Source of the DNA: a virus
Lineage: Duplodnaviria > Caudoviricetes
DNA: 34,075 nt
IMG/VR virus record: IMGVR_UViG_3300048577_000442
Location: 1-34,075 of that record
Strand: one strand, 5' to 3'
Shown: positions 15,311-24,039 of the stretch, piece by piece
Layout of the letters: each line of letters opens with the position of its first letter
Numbering within the stretch: the stretch's first letter is position 1
Notes under the pieces: model-generated
Told to the model about the DNA's origin: nothing
Seen by the model: only the letters and a program-made list of their open reading frames with translations
Databases searched by the model: none
Translations under genes and position numbers: made by a program

Positions 15311-16114
15311 GTGAACCAGCCGATCTCTTACTGCGTTCTCTGCCAGCAAGAGCGTCAGTTGCAGAGGAGCCATCTGCTGCCCGCAGCTCTTTATCGGTTG
15401 ATGACATTTCGAAACAATGGCAAGACGCTTGATCCGGTTACCATAACAGGCTCGGCTGTCTGGACCACATCTCAGCAACTCCGTACTCCTCTGTGTTGCT
15501 CTGAATGCGAACAGCGCTTCCACGCTGGTGGAGAGAACTATACGATGAAGCAGTTGTATCGGGGGCCTACTACATTTAGGCTTCGCAAGCGATTGCTAGA
15601 GAGTCCGGCTATCCATGAAGATGACAACCTTCGCATCTACCGAGTAGCCGACCTTCCCGATGTCAATATTGCGGCACTTCTTTATTTCGCCGTTAGTGTA
15701 TTCTTCAAAGCCTCTGTCTATCGCTGGAGTCGTTTTCACCACTGTGACGACATTGACCTCGGGGAATATTACAATGAGCGGTTGCGGCACTATCTTCTTG
15801 GAAATGGCACACTAGATTACTCAATTGCAATTGTCATTGACGTGTGCGGCATTGATTCTCCATATCTCCACAGTGTTTTCTACCCTGCTGGTGGCCGACA
15901 GGAGGGGCATCACGCCTACCAATTCACTGTCAACGGCATCACATTCGTGTTGTTTCTAGGGAAGAGGCTTCCCTCTTACATTACACAATATTGTACAAGC
16001 TCTGCGCAGAATCCGGTATTGTACTCAACCAAGTCTGACAGAGACATTGTGAATTCCTTTCTTCACCTGATGAAAACGGCTAGGGTTGCGACATCACTAA
16101 AGCGTGGCCAATAG
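15311..16114 (+). CDS. HNH-like zinc-binding nuclease-domain protein (moron)
   Basis: CVLC..LQRSHLLP...LCCSECEQRF..GE.Y; AT-richer than the flanking genes. Confidence 0.65.
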   Translation: MNQPISYCVLCQQERQLQRSHLLPAALYRLMTFRNNGKTLDPVTITGSAVWTTSQQLRTPLCCSECEQRFHAGGENYTMKQLYRGPTTFRLRKRLLESPAIHEDDNLRIYRVADLPDVNIAALLYFAVSVFFKASVYRWSRFHHCDDIDLGEYYNERLRHYLLGNGTLDYSIAIVIDVCGIDSPYLHSVFYPAGGRQEGHHAYQFTVNGITFVLFLGKRLPSYITQYCTSSAQNPVLYSTKSDRDIVNSFLHLMKTARVATSLKRGQ

Positions 16115-16174
16115 TTCCGGACTTCCAGCTAGATCGTTGCAATAACTGGCCTGCTGATTGCGACAGCGTCGACA

Positions 16175-16250
16175 CCCCTCCCCTCGACTCTCTGGCTGCG
16201 TGCCACTGAGACCGCACTCCGTCCTCTCGTACGTGTAGTTCCTCAATTGG
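16175..16250 (+). other. Candidate cos packaging site
   Basis: Non-coding gap just upstream of terS; C-run followed by GAC-CGCACTCC-GTC (16210-16223). This is the expected position in HK97-like cos phages. Confidence 0.4.
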
Positions 16251-16251
16251 C

Positions 16252-16257
16252 TAAATA
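16252..16257 (+). promoter_or_regulatory. TAAATA T4-late-like promoter motif
   Basis: cTAAATAg, 29 nt before the terS ATG. Confidence 0.6.
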
Positions 16258-16286
16258 GTTCCGGCCACAAGAGCCAAAAACTACAT

Positions 16287-16769
16287 ATGAAGAGAAGCGG
16301 AAACCCACGAGGGCGGCGTCACGCCATCACACAGGTTGACAACCCGGCAGATCCGGCCAAGCTGCGCTGTCCGGAATGGGTTCCATCTGATGGTGCGGCG
16401 CTGTTCCGGAAACTGAAGGCTGCGGTTGCACCCATCATGGCAGACAACGACATCACAAGCCTTCTGGCGATGTGCGCTGCCTACGGCTACGCAGTGAAGG
16501 CGGCGAAAGAACTCAACGAGAAGGGGATCACGATAATGGACGAGCGCAAGATTCCACGCAAGAACCCCGCTGTCCAGGTGTGGAGGGATCAAATCGCCCT
16601 CTTCAACGCATTGGCGACAAACTTCGGCCTGACTCCCGCAGCACGAGCGAAGCTCAACAGCCTTACGCCACAGGCCAGCCAAACCCTTGACGAACTACTA
16701 GACGAGGCCGATTCGAACACGGCCAGAGAGGAGCAGTGTATTCCGACCGACACGCCAACAGAGTCCTAG
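16287..16769 (+). CDS. terS: Terminase small subunit (P27 family)
   Basis: GNP.GRR, P.W, L..YC-like MCAAY, KNPA, FGLTPAARAKL. Confidence 0.92.
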   Translation: MKRSGNPRGRRHAITQVDNPADPAKLRCPEWVPSDGAALFRKLKAAVAPIMADNDITSLLAMCAAYGYAVKAAKELNEKGITIMDERKIPRKNPAVQVWRDQIALFNALATNFGLTPAARAKLNSLTPQASQTLDELLDEADSNTAREEQCIPTDTPTES

Positions 16770-18304
16770 CCTTCATCGAGCGTGCCTGTGTCATTCCATC
16801 CGGCAAGGGTGCTGGCGGATCCTTCAAGCTGCGTGGCTGGCAGAGAGACCTGATTTGCCCGCTTTACGGGACGTTGAACGAGGACGGCACCAGACAGTAC
16901 CGCACCGCTTACATTTCGATGGCCCGCAAAAACGGCAAGTCTACTCTACTGGCTTGCCTTGCCCTCTATCATTGCTTCGCTGACGGCGAGCAGATGGGCC
17001 AAGTCATCCTGGCTGCAAACGACAGGGCGCAAGCCTCTATTGTCTTCGATGCGGCGGCACAGATTGTACGGAACAGCCCGATCCTGAACCAACGATCCAC
17101 GATCATCCCATCTCAGAAACGGATCATCGACAAGATTTCGGGCTCAATCATTCAGGCCGTCTCCAGCGACGTGCCAACCAAGCTCGGTCTGAACGTGTCG
17201 GCGCTGATCTACGACGAGCTTGCCTTTGCGCCGAACCGGGAACTGTGGGATGTCTTGACGACTGCCGTGGGCGCTAGAACACAGCCGATGGTGATGACCA
17301 TCACCACGGCAAGCTGGAACTCATCACCTGGGGACATCGGCTACGAACTCTACACCTACGCCCATGACCTCGCCAAGGGACTGAAGCAAGACAGCACATT
17401 TTACAGCTTCATTCGAGAAGTTCCACAAGAGGCTGACTGGACATTGGAGGCGAACTGGAAGCGGGCAAACCCTGCCATGGGTGACTTCCGCTCGCTTGAG
17501 GAAATGCGGACCAGTTTCAACCGTGCCGTGAACATCCCGGCTGCGCAGAACACCTTCAAGATGCTTTATCTGAACCAATGGGTGAAGCAGGAGAGCCGCT
17601 GGATTGACTTGGTAGTGTGGGACGAGTCGGCAGGCATTGTTGACGCCGCAGAACTCGAAGGTCAGCCTTGCTATGCAGGGCTGGATCTCTCCTCTACAAC
17701 AGACCTGTCAGCCTTGGTGCTTGTGTTCCCGCAGCCAGAGGGTGCATTCATGGTCCTGCCGTTCTTCTTCCTGCCATCGGACGGCCTCCGTGAACGATGT
17801 CTGAAGGATCACGTGCCGTACGACGTGTGGTCGGCAGACGAATCGACAGGGCTCACGCTCACACCGGGCAACGTGATCGACTACGACTACATCACGGAGA
17901 AGCTGCGGGAACTCGGCACACGTTATGACATCCGTGAGGTTGCCTTTGATCGTTGGGGAATGGCGAAAATCAGCCAAGACCTGACAGCCGTTGGCTTCAC
18001 AATGGTGCCCTTCGGACAGGGATTCCAGTCTATGAGTCAGCCGACAAAAGAACTTCAGAAGCTCGTGCTGTCAGGCAAGCTTCACCACGGCGGCAATTCC
18101 ATCCTGAGATGGATGTTGGACTGCGCATCGGTGGAGCAGAAGCCGGGTGATCTTATCAAACTGGTCAAGCCAGACCGCTACAAATCGTCTAAACGTATTG
18201 ACGGTCTTATTGCGACCGTCATGGGCCTTTCAAGAGCCCTAGTACACAATCCAGAGCCAGATGACTTCGTCATTGCGCTTGGCGGATGGTCAACTACTCA
18301 ATAA
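16736..18304 (+). CDS. terL: Terminase large subunit
   Basis: WQ adenine motif, Walker A ARKNGKS, Walker B IYDE, ITTA, nuclease GLDLSSTTDL, KRIDG. Confidence 0.97.
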   Translation: MYSDRHANRVLAFIERACVIPSGKGAGGSFKLRGWQRDLICPLYGTLNEDGTRQYRTAYISMARKNGKSTLLACLALYHCFADGEQMGQVILAANDRAQASIVFDAAAQIVRNSPILNQRSTIIPSQKRIIDKISGSIIQAVSSDVPTKLGLNVSALIYDELAFAPNRELWDVLTTAVGARTQPMVMTITTASWNSSPGDIGYELYTYAHDLAKGLKQDSTFYSFIREVPQEADWTLEANWKRANPAMGDFRSLEEMRTSFNRAVNIPAAQNTFKMLYLNQWVKQESRWIDLVVWDESAGIVDAAELEGQPCYAGLDLSSTTDLSALVLVFPQPEGAFMVLPFFFLPSDGLRERCLKDHVPYDVWSADESTGLTLTPGNVIDYDYITEKLRELGTRYDIREVAFDRWGMAKISQDLTAVGFTMVPFGQGFQSMSQPTKELQKLVLSGKLHHGGNSILRWMLDCASVEQKPGDLIKLVKPDRYKSSKRIDGLIATVMGLSRALVHNPEPDDFVIALGGWSTTQ

Positions 18305-18325
18305 GGCACAAACAGACGCCAACTC

Positions 18326-18331
18326 TAAATA
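18326..18331 (+). promoter_or_regulatory. TAAATA T4-late-like promoter motif
   Basis: cTAAATActgtctATG, 6 nt before the portal start, no SD. Confidence 0.7.
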
Positions 18332-18337
18332 CTGTCT

Positions 18338-19540
18338 ATGACAATCGTGGACAGAATTGCAGGCTTCTTCGGCGCCCGCAGACAGGTTGACCTCCCTCAG
18401 GACCTAATGGCCCTTTATGGTAGAAATGCTTTTGCAGGGGAAGTCGTTACCAAAGAGACCGCACTCGCAGCAAGTGCGGTCTACGCATGTACTCGCATTT
18501 TGGCGAACACATTCGCATCGCTTCCAATTCATACCTTCAGACGACTGGGTGATGCGAAAGAGAGAGTGTCTGACCATTACCTCTCCGATCTTTTGAAATA
18601 TAAGGTTAACCCGTACACGACAACGTTCTTGTGGAAACAGCACATGATGACGAGTCTCTGCCTCACGGGGAATGCCTACTCGCAGATCATTTTCAATGGG
18701 CGAATGCAGGTGCTGGGGCTGTATCCGCTCAACGCCTCACGCATGAAGGTGTCGCTCTCCAACGGCGTCCTGACCTACGAGTACAGAACTGAAAGCGGAA
18801 CTGTCACCATTCCAGCCGATGAGATCCTACACATTCGCTCACTGACTATTGACGGTTTCACTGGCCTGTCTCCATTGGATGCGGCTAGAGAGTCGGTCGG
18901 GATCTCCCTCAGCACTCAACGCCACACCGCCCAGTACTTCGCCAATGGAGCCACGCTCGGAACCGTCATAAAAGTCCCTCTCGCCAAACCCGATGCAGCC
19001 CAAGCCAAAGCCTATCAGGACGCCTTTACAAAGGCGCACGCCGGAAGCCGAAATGCAGGCGAGCCACTGTTTCTGTTCGGTGGCGCAGAGCTACAGCAGC
19101 CGACTCTCAACTACCAGCAACTCCAGTTTCTTGAATTGCGAAAGTTTACCGTCGCTGAGATCGCACGCATCTTCGGAGTCCCACTCCACATGCTGAACGA
19201 ACTAGACAGGGCCACATTCAGCAATATTGAACAGCAGTCAATGGAATTCCTTCGGGACACGCTGCGACCAATCGTCTCGAACGTGGAAGCCGAACTGAAC
19301 ACAACTCTACTGTCCAACCGTGAACGGCAAAGCGTCTTCGTCGAGTTCCTACTGGACGATTTCGTTCGAGCGGACCTGAAGTCCCGTTACGACGCCTACG
19401 GAGTAGCCTTAGGCACAGGGATTCCATTCCTGACACCGAACGAAGTGCGTGCCATCGAGAACCGCCCACCTGTCACTGGTGGAGACCAACTCTACATCCC
19501 ACGACAGAACACTCCGGATCCGACCGTACCGAATCTCTAA
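18338..19540 (+). CDS. Portal protein, HK97 family
   Basis: SAVYAC..ILA..ASLP, GNAY, EILHIR, GLSP, EIARIFGVP, SNIEQQ, TPNEVR. Confidence 0.97.
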   Translation: MTIVDRIAGFFGARRQVDLPQDLMALYGRNAFAGEVVTKETALAASAVYACTRILANTFASLPIHTFRRLGDAKERVSDHYLSDLLKYKVNPYTTTFLWKQHMMTSLCLTGNAYSQIIFNGRMQVLGLYPLNASRMKVSLSNGVLTYEYRTESGTVTIPADEILHIRSLTIDGFTGLSPLDAARESVGISLSTQRHTAQYFANGATLGTVIKVPLAKPDAAQAKAYQDAFTKAHAGSRNAGEPLFLFGGAELQQPTLNYQQLQFLELRKFTVAEIARIFGVPLHMLNELDRATFSNIEQQSMEFLRDTLRPIVSNVEAELNTTLLSNRERQSVFVEFLLDDFVRADLKSRYDAYGVALGTGIPFLTPNEVRAIENRPPVTGGDQLYIPRQNTPDPTVPNL

Positions 19541-19543
19541 ATA
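19538..19543 (+). promoter_or_regulatory. TAAATA T4-late-like promoter motif
   Basis: cTAAATAatctccATG, 6 nt before the protease start; overlaps the portal stop. Confidence 0.68.
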
Positions 19544-19549
19544 ATCTCC

Positions 19550-20134
19550 ATGATTCGGAGATCGTTTTCATTTGATGTTCGGGCCGAAGACTCACAAAGT
19601 GATGTCATCCAGGGCTACGCTGCTGTGTTTGACAAGCCCTCACTCGACCTTGGCGGCTTCACTGAGCGCATCGCACAGGGTGCCTTCACAAACACGTTAG
19701 CGGACAGCACCAATGATGTGCTGGCACTGTGGGCGCACGACTGGTCCATGCCTCTTGGTAGGCGCTCGGCGGGTACCCTGAAGCTCATCCAGGACGAAGT
19801 TGGCCTGTCCGTAGAGATCACCCCAAACGACACGACCTGGAGTCGAGATGCGGTTGCGAGCCTGAAGGCGGGCAACGTCAGGGGCATGTCATTTGGGTTC
19901 GTCGTCGATGCTGAATCTTGGGATTACGAAACCAAGACAAGAACCATAGATGCCATCACTCTGTATGAAGTCTCCTTAGTTGCCAATCCTGCATATCCGG
20001 ACACAGCAGTGTCTGTTCGCTCATTGATTGATGAATTGGATGCAAGCTTCCACACCAATCGCCCCTCCGAGTCCTTTCTAAATGTCACGAGTCGCCAGCT
20101 TCACATTCTGAAGTTGAAACATAAAGCGCTCTAA
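19550..20134 (+). CDS. Prohead maturation protease, HK97 family
   Basis: GYAAVF, FTERI..GAF, catalytic H (WAHD), GMSFGF, LYEVSLV..PAY. Confidence 0.96.
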   Translation: MIRRSFSFDVRAEDSQSDVIQGYAAVFDKPSLDLGGFTERIAQGAFTNTLADSTNDVLALWAHDWSMPLGRRSAGTLKLIQDEVGLSVEITPNDTTWSRDAVASLKAGNVRGMSFGFVVDAESWDYETKTRTIDAITLYEVSLVANPAYPDTAVSVRSLIDELDASFHTNRPSESFLNVTSRQLHILKLKHKAL

Positions 20135-20137
20135 ATA
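20132..20137 (+). promoter_or_regulatory. TAAATA T4-late-like promoter motif
   Basis: cTAAATAa upstream of the capsid SD GGAGG (20156). Confidence 0.65.
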
Positions 20138-20170
20138 ACATTGAATGACAATTTCGGAGGATTCTTCTCT

Positions 20171-21358
20171 GTGAAGCATCTATTTGAACAAAGAAATAAG
20201 CTGATGTCTGATCTCCAGGCTATCATCACTTCCTGCAATACGGAAAAACGTGACATGACGACTGAAGAAAAGGCCAGCTTTGACACGATGACGTCCGATG
20301 TGGATGCCATCGACGAGCAAGTCGAACGACAGAAGAAGGTCGCAAACCTCAATGAGCGTGCTTCGCTGCCCGTAAACAATCCTGTCCTGGAGACATCCAA
20401 GGGCAACACCAACTTGGATGAGCACGGCAGTTTCCGCCACTACCTAAGCACTGGCGAGACTCGTGCCGCATTCCTGAGCGTCGGGACGAACGCCGATGGC
20501 GGTTTCACTGCTCCAGTGGACTTCGCCAAGGAACTTGTCAAGATCATCATCGAGAAGTCACCCATCCGCCAGCTAGCTACCGTCGTCGAGACGTCTCTGA
20601 AGGCAGTTCCCTTTCCCCGCAAGAGCGCTGGTCCCACCGCAGCATGGACAGGTGAACATGCAGCGTCCGGGCAGACTCAGAGCACCTACGGGAACGTCAA
20701 TGTGTCGGTGGCATCCGCACGTTGCTATACGGACATCACCACCGAACTTTTGCAGGACTCCACTTTCAACCTGGAGCAGTTGGTTCTATCGGATCTAGCT
20801 GAGGAGTTTGCTCGGCTCGAAGGACAAGGTTTCATCACTGGAGATGGGTCGAACAAGCCTTCCGGTATTTTGGATGTCACTAACAACGGCATCACACCAG
20901 TCCTCACCGCCGCTGTCGCCACATTGACAGCAGACGACATGATCGGCGCCTTGTACGGCCTGAAGATGGACTACATTGCGAATGCAACGTGGGTGTTCAA
21001 TCGGGCGACGATGGCCAAGGTTCGGCAACTGAAACTCAACTCGCAGTACATCTGGAACCCCTTCGTAGGTGGACAACCGAACAACATCGTTGGCGGATTG
21101 CCGGGAACCATTCTGGATCGCCCATACGTGATCGCACCGGACATGCCGAATCAGGGGACCACAGGGAATCTATTCATGGCCGTAGGCGATTTCCGCAATG
21201 GCTACCGGGTTGTGGTCAAGCCAGCCGCTCAGTCGGTAAGCGTCCTCAGAGACGACTTCACGCAAGCCGTCAATGGAAGCGTACGCTTCCATGGCTACTA
21301 CCGTGTAGGTGGCGCAGTTGTGAACCCCGAAGCAATCGTGATCCTCAAGGACAAGTAA
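20171..21358 (+). CDS. Major capsid protein, HK97 fold with delta domain
   Basis: Coiled-coil N-terminus, DGGFTAP, ELLQDS, F..GDG..KP.G, GDF..GY, RVGG.V..PEA. GTG at 20171 follows GGAGG; track start is 20141. Confidence 0.97.
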   Translation: MKHLFEQRNKLMSDLQAIITSCNTEKRDMTTEEKASFDTMTSDVDAIDEQVERQKKVANLNERASLPVNNPVLETSKGNTNLDEHGSFRHYLSTGETRAAFLSVGTNADGGFTAPVDFAKELVKIIIEKSPIRQLATVVETSLKAVPFPRKSAGPTAAWTGEHAASGQTQSTYGNVNVSVASARCYTDITTELLQDSTFNLEQLVLSDLAEEFARLEGQGFITGDGSNKPSGILDVTNNGITPVLTAAVATLTADDMIGALYGLKMDYIANATWVFNRATMAKVRQLKLNSQYIWNPFVGGQPNNIVGGLPGTILDRPYVIAPDMPNQGTTGNLFMAVGDFRNGYRVVVKPAAQSVSVLRDDFTQAVNGSVRFHGYYRVGGAVVNPEAIVILKDK

Positions 21359-21376
21359 ACAATCACACGCAACACG

Positions 21377-21410
21377 AAAGGCTGGTCTTCGGATCAGCCT
21401 TTTCTTATTT
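21377..21410 (+). terminator. Intrinsic terminator after the capsid gene
   Basis: AAAGGCTGGTC-TTCG-GATCAGCCTTT with cUUCGg loop and T-rich tail. Confidence 0.8.
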
Positions 21411-21413
21411 CCA

Positions 21414-21590
21414 ATGACAATCCAATTCACACAGGCATTTCTTGGTCAGTCCGTAGGAGACGTGATCGACCAACCGCAAACCATTGCAATGGCGCTGATC
21501 CACCTCAAAGTGGCGGAAGAGATCGAACCCAAGCCCGTTCAGGAAACGGCAACCATCAAACGGCCACGCCGTACAGCAATCACTAAATAA
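21414..21590 (+). CDS. Small capsid-adjacent hypothetical protein (58 aa, not in the ORF track)
   Basis: MTIQFTQAFLGQSVGDVID...AMALIHLKVAEEI...KRPRR; typical position between capsid and adaptor. Confidence 0.65.
   Translation: MTIQFTQAFLGQSVGDVIDQPQTIAMALIHLKVAEEIEPKPVQETATIKRPRRTAITK
21584..21589 (+). promoter_or_regulatory. TAAATA T4-late-like promoter motif
   Basis: cTAAATAactttgcATG, 7 nt before the start, no SD. Confidence 0.68.
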
Positions 21591-21596
21591 CTTTGC

Positions 21597-22157
21597 ATGT
21601 TCGAACTCGTCAGCAGTCCTGCCACAGAACCGATCACACTCGATGATGCCCGCACGCATCTGAACCTCACGACGGGCGACTTCGATGGCTTTCTGGCGGG
21701 ACTGGTGACGGCGGCAAGAGAGTTGGTCGAGAAGGAGATCAATGGATCAGTCATCACGACAGGCTTCAACTACTATCCTGATTGCTTCGGCTTCCCTGTC
21801 GCCATCTCAAAAGGCAATATCCTAGCGGTCTCTGCCGTGTCCTATCGCACGCAGGACGGCCAATGGCATGACCTAGACAATACGCTGTGGGATTTCACAA
21901 GCTACAGCCGGGAAGTCTTCCTGAAGCCGAACGCCACCTATACGACGGGAAGTCTGTATCCACGGCACCCGATGCGAATCAGCTTCACGGCGGGATTCGG
22001 AGCTACACGTCAACAGGTCCCAGCAGCGATCAAGCATGCTGTCAAGATCATCCTGTCTCATCTTTTCGAGCACCGTGAGGACGGGATGTCTGAGATGCCA
22101 TTCCCTGCTCGCATGATCCTCTCTCACTACCAGACTGTGACACCGGAGATGTTCTAG
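21597..22157 (+). CDS. Head-tail connector (HK97 gp6-like adaptor)
   Basis: P..EPITL..AR.HL, AARE.VE, FTAGFG..VPAAIKHA...HLFEHRE. Confidence 0.92.
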   Translation: MFELVSSPATEPITLDDARTHLNLTTGDFDGFLAGLVTAARELVEKEINGSVITTGFNYYPDCFGFPVAISKGNILAVSAVSYRTQDGQWHDLDNTLWDFTSYSREVFLKPNATYTTGSLYPRHPMRISFTAGFGATRQQVPAAIKHAVKIILSHLFEHREDGMSEMPFPARMILSHYQTVTPEMF

Positions 22158-22474
22158 TGACTGCCGCAACGCTCGACACCCTCATAACGATCCAGTCACG
22201 CACCGTCGCTCAGAACACAGTCGGTGAAGCCGTCGAGACCTGGAATGATCTGGCCTCAACCTACGCCCACAAGTCATCACGTTCCGGCAGGGAGTTCTAT
22301 TCCGCCTCTCGTACCGTGGCAGAGGATGCCGTGTTCTTCCTCATCCGGCACATGGACGGGCTCGACAGCACAATGCGTGTCATTCATGGAGCGGACACCT
22401 ACGACATCACGGCAATCCGGTATTCCGAGAAGCGCCGTGAATCCATAGAGTTGCAATGCAGGCTCGTCCGCTAG
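22157..22474 (+). CDS. Head closure protein (SPP1 gp16-like)
   Basis: L...ITIQ..GE..ETW..SGREF..F.IR..MRV..YDI. Confidence 0.9.
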   Translation: MTAATLDTLITIQSRTVAQNTVGEAVETWNDLASTYAHKSSRSGREFYSASRTVAEDAVFFLIRHMDGLDSTMRVIHGADTYDITAIRYSEKRRESIELQCRLVR

Positions 22475-23115
22475 TCTCAGCAGTCTGTCCGACCAGGACA
22501 AGCCGAATTGACTACCTGCCCACCGCCATTCGTTGCTTTCAAAACCAGACATATCCGCATCTAGAGCTAGTCATAGTCACTGAGGACGACGTATCAGCCG
22601 TCATCCCCACAGATCCACGTATCCGGCTCGTCAGGTGCCCTCCAGGGCTCTCACTGGGCCTGAAACGGACCATAGGCGCTGAAGCCGCATCCGGCGATGT
22701 CGTGGCGCACTGGGACGATGATGATCTGTATCATCCATCTCGGCTCAGTGAACAGCAAGCCATCCTTACGCCTGACAAGCCGATCACTGGCTATCGGTCC
22801 ATTCGCTTCTACAACGTCATTGACAATCACGCCAGAGCCTACCGCTATCACGATGACGCTCTCGTGCTCGGCACCAGCATCACCTATCACCGTTCCGTTC
22901 TGACCGATCATCCATACCCTGATCTGACCCACGGTGACGAGTGCATCTGGCTCGCTGGTCTCGGGTCTCTCTTGACACCTACAGACGGCCTTGACCGCTG
23001 CATTGCTCTCGACCACCACGGCAACACATGCCCACGGATCTACACGAGCAGCTACAGCGACATCGACACGGCGGAGACACTGAGTCTCATGCAAAGCTGG
23101 CAAACCCATAAATAA
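22456..23115 (+). CDS. Glycosyltransferase family 2 (GT-A fold)
   Basis: PLVSAVCPT, QTYP.LELVIV, LG.KR..G...A.GD.VAHWDDDD.YHP.RL. Confidence 0.9.
   Translation: MQARPLVSAVCPTRTSRIDYLPTAIRCFQNQTYPHLELVIVTEDDVSAVIPTDPRIRLVRCPPGLSLGLKRTIGAEAASGDVVAHWDDDDLYHPSRLSEQQAILTPDKPITGYRSIRFYNVIDNHARAYRYHDDALVLGTSITYHRSVLTDHPYPDLTHGDECIWLAGLGSLLTPTDGLDRCIALDHHGNTCPRIYTSSYSDIDTAETLSLMQSWQTHK
23109..23114 (+). promoter_or_regulatory. TAAATA T4-late-like promoter motif
   Basis: aTAAATAactgcATG, 5 nt before the start, no SD. Confidence 0.68.
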
Positions 23116-23119
23116 CTGC

Positions 23120-23629
23120 ATGGCACGATCAGTAAGAGTCGATGGACTTTCAAAGCTCGAACGCTCAATCCACAGGATCATCGAGCAGGCCCAAGGGCAA
23201 GCCGTGATGGATGTCCTGGGCAAAGCCGCAAACATGTTCCGCCAGCAGGCTGTCGCCAATGCCTCCTCAGAGGGACTGCCGAAGGAAGTTGCAGACAGCA
23301 TCTTTGCTTTCGGGCGGCTCCGTGGAAAGGTCAGAAAGAACCCATCAGCACTAGTTGGGGTGAAGCGTGGCAAGGGCACACCTGCCTACGTTGAGTGGCA
23401 AGCCGCAGGCGGTCCAGGTGCTCGTTCTGCTGTGGGCAGTGGCAAGGACATCAAAGCCAAGTCCGCATCAGGCCGCACCATCGGCATGTCGCTGGCTACG
23501 ATGTTCGAATTCGGCACCAGCAAGATGGCACCACGGCCATTCTTCTTACGGGCGCTCAAGGAAAAGAAGGCCGAAGTGAAGTCATTCGTACATAGCGAAC
23601 TGCTCAAGGTGCTCACCAAGGTGGAATAG
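23120..23629 (+). CDS. Tail completion protein, HK97 gp10 family
   Basis: V.GL..L start and EFGTSKMAPRPFF..A. Confidence 0.88.
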   Translation: MARSVRVDGLSKLERSIHRIIEQAQGQAVMDVLGKAANMFRQQAVANASSEGLPKEVADSIFAFGRLRGKVRKNPSALVGVKRGKGTPAYVEWQAAGGPGARSAVGSGKDIKAKSASGRTIGMSLATMFEFGTSKMAPRPFFLRALKEKKAEVKSFVHSELLKVLTKVE

Positions 23630-23630
23630 C

Positions 23631-23987
23631 ATGATCGAACAAACAATCAGACAGGCCCTCATCACGGCGGGCATAGCCAACGTCTACCCCATTGCGGCTC
23701 CACAGAGCGCACCACTACCCTATGCAGTCCTCTGGCGGATCGGCGCAGATGCCGAAATGACGCTCGATGGGGATGCATCGTTGCGGCAGAAGACGATTCA
23801 GGTGTCATATTTCTCCACAAGCAGCACAGACGCATTGGAGAAAGCCGATGCCATCGCAGATGCATTGATTGGCTTTACTGGTGACAATATTCAAAACATT
23901 GTATTGATCACTGAAGGTTCCGCCTATGAATACGACACGAGTCTCTATCACGTCTTTCTAAGATTCGACGTTTGGCATTCTGCATAA
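23631..23987 (+). CDS. Tail terminator (DUF3168-like)
   Basis: VYP..APQ....PY.V, IQVS.F, YE.DT.LY. Confidence 0.85.
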   Translation: MIEQTIRQALITAGIANVYPIAAPQSAPLPYAVLWRIGADAEMTLDGDASLRQKTIQVSYFSTSSTDALEKADAIADALIGFTGDNIQNIVLITEGSAYEYDTSLYHVFLRFDVWHSA

Positions 23988-23998
23988 TCGCCAACACA

Positions 23999-24035
23999 TA
24001 AATAACTTCTGAGAATTCTCATCTCGGAGGTTATT
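23999..24035 (+). promoter_or_regulatory. TAAATA motif plus SD-masking hairpin
   Basis: TAAATA 23999-24004; 14-bp stem AATAACTTCTGAGA / TCTCGGAGGTTATT pairs the GGAGG SD. Confidence 0.75.
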
Positions 24036-24039
24036 CAAC

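Noticed and set aside
18326-18331. TAAATA as an ordinary sigma70 -10 box or archaeal TATA box
   Set aside because: It does not fit TANNNT in a register shared by the sites and has no consistent -35. An archaeal TATA box would lie about 25 nt upstream of +1 rather than 5-7 nt before ATG, and the genes look bacterial.
19538-20137. TAAATA as a by-product of TAA stop codons
   Set aside because: It overlaps a stop at several sites but in different registers, and the sites at 8955, 9922, 13781, 16252, 18326, 23999, 27772 and 33749 do not overlap the upstream gene's stop.
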